Shown here piece by piece: positions 1 to 10,028 of a DNA stretch of 64,000 bases. Positions within the stretch are counted from its first letter, which is position 1. Every line of letters starts with the position of its first letter. A program made the translations under genes and the position numbers. Source of the DNA: Azolla caroliniana (lineage: Eukaryota; Plantae; Polypodiophyta); assembly GCA_043228905.1 (NCBI GenBank), contig JBHGNT010000008.1, forward strand, positions 620,001-684,000. Reading direction: 5' to 3'. The notes below the pieces were generated by a model. It was not told where the DNA came from and searched no databases. It worked only from the letters and a program-made list of their open reading frames with translations.

Positions 1-222
1 AATTGGTTCATTCCACAATGCCAAACACTACTAGTAATCTTGGATTCAAGAAAACGCCAAGAAAACCAACCTCTTCATTAGTGAAATATTAGTAGAGAAT
101 TCCACTTACCTCAAGTGATTTTCACCCTAAGCTCAGGGTCGTGGTTATCCGATAAAGAAACCCACATGTCAAATAACTATTAAGTCGAAATTGAGCTCGA
201 TTAAAGAGGGGACTAAAGTTTA
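1..222 (+). pseudogene. rpl22: Plastid-derived (NUPT) ribosomal protein L22 fragment, 5' truncated by the window edge
   Basis: Translates as ...[34 protein letters not shown], matching the plastid Rpl22 [23 protein letters not shown] motif. It has in-frame stops and lies directly upstream of rps3, as in the plastid S10 operon. Confidence 0.85.
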
Positions 223-330
223 AAGGTAGACAAAGTAGTTAGTTTTGGAGACGTGTCAACAAAATTGAAATAGAAAGTTCTTTTAGAAAGAAATTTATTT
301 AACACTAAGTCGGGGAATAAGTATAAACGT

Positions 331-900
331 ACAGGACGAAAAATTCATCCACTCATTTTCGATTCTGTGTAAACTAGAAGTATTATTCTTCTTGGTTTGC
401 ACAAATTGGAAGATTATCCAAAATTCCTTGAGGAAGATAGAAGGGTACACATCTTAATTGAAAAGTACATGAAAGGTAATTTGAAAGACTCCTCAAACTA
501 TGGTAGAATCGGGCATATATAGATTCAACGCGAAACGGATCTTATTAAAATTGAAATTACACCATATATTCCCGATTTGAAATTGCACTATATTGATAGA
601 AGAACATATTAGTCTAAAGATTGATCAATTGAAAAGTTACTATGCTAGGTATTGGAGATCAAAAAGTTCGAATAACTTTAAATAACATTATCCAACCATT
701 GTATTGATAGAAGAACATATTAGTCTAAAGAGTGATCACTTGAAAAGTTATTATGGTTGGTATTGGAGATCAAAAAGTTCGAATCACTCTAAAGAACGTT
801 ACTATTAAACCGTATGGGGAACCAAAGATCCTAGTGGAACACATTGCTCCACAATTAAGAAATAGAGTTGCTTTTGGAAGGACGATCAAAATGTCCTGAA
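331..900 (+). pseudogene. rps3: Plastid-derived (NUPT) ribosomal protein S3 fragment
   Basis: Contains (ACA)GRKIHP..., N*KYYSSWFAQ, IQRETDLIKIEI and KPYGEPKILVEHIAPQLRNRVAFGRTIK, all plastid Rps3 motifs. Disrupted by frameshifts, stops and an internal duplication. Confidence 0.85.
591..801 (+). repeat. Tandem duplication (~111-bp period) inside the rps3 NUPT
   Basis: TATTGATAGAAGAACATATTAGTCTAAAGA...TATTGGAGATCAAAAAGTTCGAAT occurs at 591 and again at 702. Confidence 0.9.
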
Positions 901-1129
901 GCCTATGTATACTTTTTGCCGAGAACCAAATATGTAGTCGTAGTAGTAGGCTGTAGCATTGTCTACCAATTGTCAATGTGTATATATGTATGTACATGAA
1001 ATGCTCTTTTTAGGGAAGTAAAAAATCAGCTTTTTCTCTGTAGTTTCACATGGATACGTCTCTCCTTCTCTTTGCCCATTTGGAGCGTGAATTAGACTCT
1101 TGCTCATCTCGTAAGCGTTTGACACATTT

Positions 1130-1574
1130 ACACACACACACATATATATATGTACGTACATACATACATACATACATACATTCGATATACACGTACGTAC
1201 GTACGTAGGCATGACATTCAACGGCACATTAACGACATGGCGTAAGAGATAAGAGAGAAGAGATAAGCGGGGTGCCGTGGGGTGGTGTAGGTCAATCTAA
1301 TGGAGACAGACGATGACCTACCATGATGCTATTCCTCGAGAAGAGCAATGATTGCAAAGTGCAAAGTGCCTCTTCTCTTCTCACACAAAAAGTAGTGGCT
1401 TACGTTCGATATATCATATGATATATGTATACATACATACATGATACATACATACATACATACATACATACATACATACATAGCTCGTGTATAGGTGGTG
1501 TTGTGATGGTGATGGCGGCCCATCGCACCTACCTCTCTGCTCTGTAGGAGAGAGAGAGAGAGAGAGAGAGAGAG
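1130..1574. repeat. Microsatellite cluster: (CA)n/(TACA)n at ~1130-1205 and ~1425-1481, (GA)n at ~1549-1574
   Basis: Simple repeats directly visible. Confidence 0.9.
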
Positions 1575-1804
1575 CAGCTTTCTTAATTACTCTACTCTGT
1601 CTGTGGGGAATTAGAAAAGCTAGATATCAAGAACTGAAAGGCAGAGATAGAGAACGATGGGCTGAAAGGGGTGCTGCTGATTGAATAGACGGAATCAATA
1701 AGAAGAGAAGTTGAGAGTAAGAGAGAGGGGTGTGTGTTGCAACAGGAATCAGAGAGTGGGAAATTGGGAGGGAGAGGAAGAAAGAGAGAGAGAGAGAGAG
1801 AGAG

Positions 1805-2500
1805 ATGCACAGAGGGAGCCATGATGAGGGCAGGATGTTGGTCCATGCACAGCCAGAGACTGGGGGGGGCGGGGGCGGGGGCGGCTTTACAGAACTAGCC
1901 CAATCAGGAGCCTTTGAATCAAGTAATGCCCCTCCTGGAACATCTCTCCGAGACCTCGAGAAGAGTTTGGACGACATAACTAACATAAACAGTCGCCAAG
2001 AGAATCGAATCGAGACCTTACAATCGAAGATCAACGAGCTCATCGGCTTTTACCTCGTCTTCCAAGGAGTCATTTTGACCTCGGTGGCGCAAGGCACCTT
2101 CCTAAGATGCCATAATTGGTGGGTTCCTTTCGCCCTCTCCTGCATTGCGGCTGCCGCCATCATCATGGCGGTGCTGCACATGCTTCTTAAGTTGTCGCTA
2201 TCGAAGATCGAGCTTGATAAGAACCGATGGCAATTCGACCAACTCCATCTTCTCATCATGTCTAGGAAACAAAGACCAATCCTTCGGCTATCTACTGGAA
2301 GTATGGAGGATGTTTCAAATCATTCTTATCAGAGTCAACATGATGCGACTATGCCTTCATTATCCTTCTCGGAGCACATATATCGAGCTGCCTACCCGAC
2401 CATCGTGCTAATCACACTCCTCACTTTCACGGGGTTTATCCTCTTTGGCTGTCACCGCATCCTCTGTGTCCCTGATCTCCCCCGAACCAATAAACCCTAG
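1805..2500 (+). CDS. Intronless uncharacterised plant membrane protein (coiled-coil plus ~3 TM helices), copy A
   Basis: First ATG follows (GA)n at 1805. The ORF has a RIETLQSKINELIGFYLVFQGVILT...C..WWVPFALSC motif resembling a land-plant uncharacterised TM family (Os03g0453550-like, recalled from memory). Near-identical paralog at 3812. Confidence 0.8.
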   Translation: MHRGSHDEGRMLVHAQPETGGGGGGGGFTELAQSGAFESSNAPPGTSLRDLEKSLDDITNINSRQENRIETLQSKINELIGFYLVFQGVILTSVAQGTFLRCHNWWVPFALSCIAAAAIIMAVLHMLLKLSLSKIELDKNRWQFDQLHLLIMSRKQRPILRLSTGSMEDVSNHSYQSQHDATMPSLSFSEHIYRAAYPTIVLITLLTFTGFILFGCHRILCVPDLPRTNKP

Positions 2501-3773
2501 TGATTTGATATGCTTAAAATCATGCTCTCTCCCATTCTTCAACCAGTTCAGCTGCTTAAAAGAAGTGTTTTAAGATTTCATTCATGACAATGGCCCATCA
2601 CTATGTTTTCATGTTCTCTCCCATTCTTCAACCAGTTCAGCTGCTTAAAAGAAGTGTTTTCATGTTCGGAAATTCTACTTAACTAGAGTTGTAACGGTTA
2701 AGCACACCATCACCACCAGAACTTGAAGCGCAAGAAATGGAACGCCCCTCCTTTCCTTTGATGTGTTTGCCAAGTTTTCCAGGATACCATTCATGTGGTT
2801 CCATGACCATGTTTTCATGAAATTCAAATTGTACTTTGCTGTACTTGTCCTGATGCACATGACATAGTTACCATTCCTTACCTTGCAAGAAATCCTTGAA
2901 GATGCAGTGCATGTTGCCTTCAACTATGTTTTGATGTTACTGAAACTCTCAACTTATTCAGTGGTCTTGCAAAGATCTAACTAGTTTTCTTTGAAATAAT
3001 TCATTGATATACTCTCAGACACTTATGTCCCACTTTCCCTCCACCCCTTTATATTGGGTAGTTAATTAAACACATGTGTTACAGTAGCCTTGCACAGGTT
3101 TAACTAGCTTCCTTCGAAATAATTCATTTTTGTAACTTCTTTGGCATTATCTTAAATTATGCCTGAGCGTGACCTCAAATGCAGTCAGTAATCTTCAGTT
3201 AGATTCTAGTTATGTAGTGAACATCAATTGCGACTAGTCTTGAGCAAGTTTGATTTATCTATTCTAAATCAGCTGCTGCCACTCTGGAAAGTAGAAAAGA
3301 TGCCCAACATCATGCGCTTATCGAATCCGTGTATAGCAAGAGAAGCAACAGGAGGACCGGATGAAATAATCCTGCGCAGGAGATGTGTGTGAGAGTACTG
3401 GCAATCTCAATCACTGCCATGAGGTTAATTGAGAAGAGCAAGAATTGCGAATTGCCAGAGGAGTCAAGCAAAGAAAAGCCATGTTTCCGAAGCAAATAGC
3501 AGAAAAGGGGTCATCTTCTGAACAAAAAGCAGTGGGCTTAGGTGGATTGGTATTATATTGGTGGTGGGCTATAGGAGTTACTCTGCTAAGAGAGAGAGAG
3601 AGAGAGAGAGAGAGGGCCCCACGTCTTAGTAAGAACTTAGCTCTAGGGTAAGGTAATTACGATAAAAAAGAGAGAGACAAGAAAGAGGCCTGCTTTCTTA
3701 TGTAAAGGGAGACGGACTAAAAAAACGGGAGCGAGTTGGGGGGAGATTGAATTGACGGAGTCAAGAAGATCAG

Positions 3774-3816
<43 letters not shown>

Positions 3817-5190
3817 GAGAGGGAGCTGGGATGAGGGCGATGCAGAAGTAGCCGAAATAGGTGCCTCTGAATTAAGCATTGGCCCCCCTGGAAGATCTCT
3901 CCGAGACCTCGAGAAGAGTTTGGACGACATAACTAACATAAACAGTCGCCAAGAGAATCGAATCGAGACCTTACAGTCGAAGATCAACGAGCTCATCGGC
4001 TTTTACCTCGTCTTCCAAGGAGTCATTTTGACCTCTGTCGCTCAAGGCTCCTTCCTAAGATGCCATAATTGGTGGGTTCCTTTCGCCCTCTCCTGCATTG
4101 CGGCTGCCGCCATCATCATGGCGGTGCTTCACATGCTTCTTAAGTTGTCGCTATCGAAGATCGAGCTTGATAAGAACCGATGGCAACATGACCGACTCCA
4201 GGTTCTCATCATGTCTAGGAAGCAAAGACCAATCCTTCGGCTATCTACTGGAAGTATGGAGGATGTTTCGAATCATTCTTATCTGAGTCAACATGATGTG
4301 ACGATGCCTTCATTATCCTTCTCGGAGCACATATATCGAGCTGCCTACCCGATCATCGTGCTAATCACACTCCTCACTTTCACCGCGTTTATCCTCTTTG
4401 GCTGTCATCGCATCCTCTGTTTCCCTGATTCCCCCGAAACAAATAAACCCTAGTGATTCGATATGCTTAAAATCATGCGCTCACCCATTCTTCAACCAGT
4501 TCAGCTGCTTAAAAGAAGTGTTTGAAGATTCCACTCTTGACAATGGCCCATCACTATGTTTTCATGTTCAGGAAATTCTACTTAACTAGAGTTGTAATGG
4601 TTAAGCACACCATCACCACCAGAACTTGAAGCGCAAGAAATGGAGGCCCCCTCCTTTCCTTTGGTGTGTTTGCCAAATTTTCCAGGATACCATTCATGTG
4701 GCTCCATGACCATGTTTTCATGACATTCAAATTGTAATTTGCTGTATTTTTTGCCTGATTCATGTGACATTGTTACCATACATTACTTGCATATCCTTCT
4801 AGGATATGTGTGTGTGGCCTTTTACTATGTTGTGATGTTTATCATACTCTCCCTCCCGTTCCTTCATATTGGCAAGTTAAACCCATTTGCAGTAGCCTTG
4901 CACAGATTTAAGAAGCTTCCTTTGAAATAATTCATTTTGTAACTCTTGCCCATTAATTTGTCTTTATATCTGAGTCTGCGCACTACTGGGGGTCACCTTA
5001 ACTTACCTTAACTTATCTGATGAGAAAGAATTACTACTACTTCTAAGCAAATTTGATTTATCTATTGTAAATCAGCTGCTTGTCATGCTGGAAAGTGGCG
5101 AGGATTCCCAAGATCTGCATTCTTATCATTCTATATAGTCAGAGGAGTAACACCAAGCAAGACTGGATGAAATCATTTTGCCGATTACCT
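1905..5190 (+). repeat. Tandem segmental duplication (~1.9-kb period) covering the TM gene and ~0.8 kb of 3' flank
   Basis: CDS and downstream sequence (ACTTAACTAGAGTTGTAA..., TTTGATTTATCTATT.TAAATCAGCTGCT) recur at ~1910-3370 and ~3870-5175. Confidence 0.85.
3812..4453 (+). CDS. Intronless uncharacterised plant membrane protein, copy B (tandem paralog)
   Basis: ATG at 3812 after (GA)n. From SLRDLEKS onward the protein is almost identical to copy A, but the N-terminus differs. Confidence 0.8.
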
Positions 5191-5619
5191 CAAGAAAGTA
5201 TGGAGGAAGCCAGTGGTATGCAATATGTATGCGTAATAAACAACGCTTGAAAGAGTTTGTTATACATGCACATTGGTTTTCATTCCAATTGGCTCAATTT
5301 ATGTATGTCCCTCATCGATGGAGTCATAAATTCAGGGTTTCAAACCATCCCATTGCAAAATCATACAATTATGGAAATCTGCTTGCATACAATCACATAT
5401 AACTTTATTCTTTTTCTTTTCTAAGCTGTCTTTCTTATGAACTGTTGCTTACTGAAATCTGTACATATGGGCCTTCAAGCAATCAAGGAATGGAGCACCT
5501 ATCAATTCCTCACCTTTGAAATCAAGTATTATTTACAAAGAGTTTCTACACCATTTTCCAAGGTCCTGTGTGGATTGTAGTAAAGTTCAAAGGAGTACTA
5601 TATTCTTGTATGAATGATG

Positions 5620-6180
5620 TTGTAGGCTGAAAGTACAAGCAAAAGAGCACTTGGGCAAGCAAGATTTAAACAAAAAACACTCCACTATGGATCATTTGGT
5701 CACATTGAGAGTAATCATGGAAGAGAGTCAACTACAAGGAATGACACTTTATTATTGTTTTGTTGATTTCAAGAAAACTTTCAATATTGTACCACGAAGT
5801 GAGCTTTGGAATAGAATGGTAGAGATTGAAATGCCATTAGAGTATCAAGTTGTTGTTGTATGCCTATCTGAACAAGTTAAATGCCAACTAAAAATGGATA
5901 GTGGATTCTCGAAGCACTTTTTATTAACATGGGGTCAAGCATGGATAGCCACTATCACCCACACTTTTTAGCTTATGTATTGATAAAATAGAAGTGGTGA
6001 ATAAAGTTGCAAGAGAAGAAGGATTGAATACCCCCAAATTGATGCAACATGTTATCTTATTGCTTTTATCTACAGACGATGTGGTGCTCTTCTCATATGA
6101 TGTTGATAGTATGCAACATCTACTTGGAGTATTAGAAGAATTTTGCCATAGTAGTGGACTAGCACTGAATGTGGAGATTG
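5620..6180 (+). mobile_element. Degenerate RTE-like LINE reverse-transcriptase fragment
   Basis: Motifs HSTMDHLVTLR, CFVDFKKTFNIVPR, GVKHG*PLSPTLF and LLSTDDVVL, with frameshifts. Confidence 0.8.
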
Positions 6181-7442
6181 AAGTAGGATGGGCACTTTGC
6201 ATACCTAGAACCGAAAGATTTGGATGTGAAGGAGTGTTCGAAAGTGATGAGCATTTTTTGTGTAAGTGCCCAGTTGGCAAGCACATTAGAGAGATACAAG
6301 CACATTAGAAAGAAGTATGTGACCCTCTATGCAAACTCCACCACCATTCAACAAATGACGTGGAGGGCTGACATACAATAGTTTGGCCAAATCTTGATCT
6401 AGCTTCAAAAGCATAGGTAATCAACCCTTATATTAGCACTTAGAATGTAACAACAATCACATATTACCAATTTCTTCCATAGCTCCACACCTCCATTAAC
6501 AACATGCCAAGGTGTCAAAATAGATTGGGCAGGGGAATGCCGACGGTAATGTAGACTGCGATGAGTACTAGGATAGAGGACACATGGGAGATATCATATC
6601 CAGATGATAGAGGTCATTGCTTGCCGTAATCAATTTGGAAGAGGATGCCCAAGTGCACTTTTTGAACTTGACTATAGCCTTATCTACGGCACCAAGTAAC
6701 TTTGGATTCGAAGTCTAATCACCCTTACTCAACCCATACATATTAGTTATGCATTTCATGCCCACTTCATGACTGTCAACCAACTCTAAAACCATTTCAG
6801 CAAATACATTAATATCATGATCATGGAGCTTTAGGAAGCATGGAACTTTTATTTTTATTTCAATATGGATAACAAGAATTCACCCATATTTCTAATCATG
6901 AATTTCCTCATAGGCTGAATTTTTGGCCTCTAGTAGATGCTAATCTCTCTCTGAAATTTTGGCCTCTAGCAGAATTCCGAAATTTGAACTCTCTGACAAA
7001 GAATATGTTAGTATGTTGGAGGTTCGATCTCTTTTTACGGGCCTTTCAAATCTGCCCGGACATGAAAGCATCCATCCAATACATCATAAGAATGATAATT
7101 CAAGCATTGTAACTCGAGTAATATGATGTATCACTTCAATGAATGATCCTCTTCATCTAACCAAGGCCTTCTCTTGATGAAAGCTTGGTCCTAAGTGAAG
7201 TGATCAAATCTGTGAGAGTTCCTGGAAATTCTCTAAGAAACTTGAGGACATGACTGATGATAGCTTATCCTCATGAAGTGCTTGCCAAATTGGACATGCA
7301 GACATAAAACCATGTTGTCCTGATAGACTATTTCAGTTTATTACATTTGTTTTCTTCCTCCTCTCTACCTTTATCATATCATCAGAGATCTACCAAGAGG
7401 AAAATGTGACGATGTATCCAGATCTTACATTCAACAAAATGT

Positions 7443-9215
7443 TTATGAGGCATTGACGCGTCTTCTCAATTCTTGAACTCGGATCGCATCCTCCCACATT
7501 CCCATCTGCACATACAAGGCTGACATAAGCTCATAACTTGAGGCATATTTGTTATCGATCAAAAGTAGTTGATTAAAACAATGCCTTCCTAATTTTAGTT
7601 CACCATAAGTATTACAGTGACTCAATAAAGAAGTCCATGCTTGAATATTTGCTTCAAATGGCATCAGTCCAAGCAGGGACCTGGCCTCTTTCAAACAACC
7701 TTTCCTAGCCAATAAGTCCACAATGCAGTTATAGTGCTCTAACTTGCAAGATGTGGCAAGGCATTCTCTCATGGACGTGAAATACATACAACCCATTTCC
7801 GAAAATCCCATATGGGTACATGCAGATAGAACACAGAGGAAAGTTATATCATCTGGTTGAAACCCATCTATTTGCATATCCCTGAAGCATTCAAATACCA
7901 TCATATGATGTCTGTAACTGGCATATGATGCAATAATTGTATTCCACGACACTAGATCCCTCTTTGATAAGGCATGGAAATGTCTAGAGGCATCATCTAA
8001 ACTCCCACATTTAGCGTACATGTCAATCAACGCATTGCAAACAAATAGATTACAGCACATTTCAGTGTCTAGAAGGCAAGCATGAATCACTTTTCCCTGA
8101 TCCAGAGAACTTAGTAAGGAGCATATTTTTAAGGCATTCACAAATGTGACCTTATCAGAATTTGAATCCTGTTCCTGCATTTGTTGGAAGAGTATAAAAG
8201 CTTGCTGACCATAGCCATGTTGCACACATCCTGTTAGCAAAGAGTTCCAAGTGACAAGATCAGGACAAATGCCCACTTTACGCATGTTGTTAAAAACCTC
8301 AATGGCTTCCTGAATATGACCATGCATCGCATAGCCTCCAATTAAAACGTTCCATGTCACACAGTCCATTTTTTCTACTCTTTTGGAAACATGAATTGCA
8401 TGCTTGAAATCCTCACATTTTACATACAAATTCACAAGGGAATTCGCGATAAAGGCATCAGATTCAAACCCACACTCTAGGATAAAAACATGAATCATCT
8501 TGCCTTGATCATGAGCTGTTTCCATCCAATTACATGCATTGAGAAGGCTTGCATAGGTAACGCCATCAGGCATCCAATTGCCTTCTTGTTGCATTTGCTT
8601 AAACACTTGCAAAGCCTTGTGGCTGAGCTTATCTCGAGAATATCCAGCAATCAATGCATTCAGAGTAGCCAAATTAGGCTGAAATTGATCAGACGTGTTC
8701 ATTTTTTCAAAGCATTGAACCATCTTTTCCATATGTCCATGATAGGCGTAGCCTGAAAGCAATGCATTCCAACAAACAACATCATATCTTGATAACCCAT
8801 CAAAGACTTTTTCACCATCATCAAGGCTACCACATTTCACGTACATGCTAACAAGTGCACTTCCTATAAACACATGAGATTCAAGCCCTGCATCTATAAT
8901 ATCGACATGAATGTACCTACCTAGAATTAGATTTCCTTTACATGCACATGCTTTGATGGCAGCAACGAAAACATATTCATCTGGCTTTATACTTGAAGAA
9001 GAGATCAAGCGTTGATAATAATGGAGCACCTGTTGTGAGGCTCTATTCCTGGCGTGGGTTAATAAATGATCTTTCAGATTTAAGGAGCATTCCTGTTTGA
9101 AGCGAGTAGCTGGGAGAGCTACCATATTACCGTCATCTGCAGAGGCTGCTCTGGAATCTCTGCAAGAGATAGGGATAGGGACGTAGGTTTTAAACCTGTA
9201 AACGCAATCATACAT
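7443..9215 (-). CDS. PLS-class pentatricopeptide repeat protein with E domain, no DYW (organellar RNA-editing factor-like)
   Basis: 590-aa ORF with P-L-S triplets (SALVSMYVKCG, VVCWNALLSGY, PDGVTYASLLNAC) ending EHYNCIVDLLARKG...MPFEAN...SSYELMSALY. The true start may be the ATG at 9125, after a possible 5' UTR intron acceptor. Confidence 0.9.
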   Translation of the reverse strand: MYDCVYRFKTYVPIPISCRDSRAASADDGNMVALPATRFKQECSLNLKDHLLTHARNRASQQVLHYYQRLISSSSIKPDEYVFVAAIKACACKGNLILGRYIHVDIIDAGLESHVFIGSALVSMYVKCGSLDDGEKVFDGLSRYDVVCWNALLSGYAYHGHMEKMVQCFEKMNTSDQFQPNLATLNALIAGYSRDKLSHKALQVFKQMQQEGNWMPDGVTYASLLNACNWMETAHDQGKMIHVFILECGFESDAFIANSLVNLYVKCEDFKHAIHVSKRVEKMDCVTWNVLIGGYAMHGHIQEAIEVFNNMRKVGICPDLVTWNSLLTGCVQHGYGQQAFILFQQMQEQDSNSDKVTFVNALKICSLLSSLDQGKVIHACLLDTEMCCNLFVCNALIDMYAKCGSLDDASRHFHALSKRDLVSWNTIIASYASYRHHMMVFECFRDMQIDGFQPDDITFLCVLSACTHMGFSEMGCMYFTSMRECLATSCKLEHYNCIVDLLARKGCLKEARSLLGLMPFEANIQAWTSLLSHCNTYGELKLGRHCFNQLLLIDNKYASSYELMSALYVQMGMWEDAIRVQELRRRVNAS

Positions 9216-9813
9216 ATGCAGTTTGAAAATCTAGGCTACTACGGTGTCAAACATTTTGTGGAGGGCTGTTAAAAAGATTTAATCTAGACTCTCAAATTTC
9301 AAAACACACTCACTCACTCACTCATGAGTCATGAGTCATGACTACCTTTCATTGCCTCTAAACTTAGAAGTCCTCTTTCTTATTGATTTCTTCAGATATT
9401 TTGGTCACATGTTGGGACAGCTACCACAAGCACTTTGTCCGCCCGCCCGCCCCCATGTTCTTCTCGAGTCCGTGCGAACATACTACTTTTATTCGTTTTC
9501 CTCACGATGCCGATGAAAGTTGTTGGGTGTCCAATGCCACGTTCATGTTCCTAGTGTTGGACACGTCGAGGTCCAATAGAAAATGGTACATACATACATA
9601 CATACATAGTGAAATTCGTTCCTAATAATTGTCTGCCTGCGTCCAGTGGACTCCACTTCCAGTACAATCATATTTTCCGACCACAGAATCCTCGTCTTAC
9701 TTCAAGGAAAAAGGAAGCTCTTCTCCGACCACAGAACCGGATGAGGCTACTGACTGAATCCTCTTCTTCCGCCTCCTCCTCGTCTAATTATACGTGTTTC
9801 TGCTTCTGATCAG

Positions 9814-9986
9814 ATTACATCGTGCCATTTCTTCATCTTCGCTCATCTCGGTCTCTACATTCTCTGCGCCAATTATATGGACTTCGCCCCTTCTCTTCTT
9901 TCAATTGGGAGGCTTCGGATGATTGGATCACCAGGATTGCTATTCGATCTGATCAAGAAATCTTAGAAGAAGCGGGTAGTAACTGG

Positions 9987-10028
<42 letters not shown>

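Noticed and set aside
973-1804. ORFs with MYVC, ERER or LSLS repeats, including the N-terminal extensions at 1730 and 3752
   Set aside because: These are translations of (TACA)n and (GA)n microsatellites, several from non-ATG starts.
7060-7330. Possible C/D box snoRNA (TGATGA/CTGA-like motifs)
   Set aside because: No convincing terminal stem or recognisable rRNA-complementary guide; probably PPR 3' flank.
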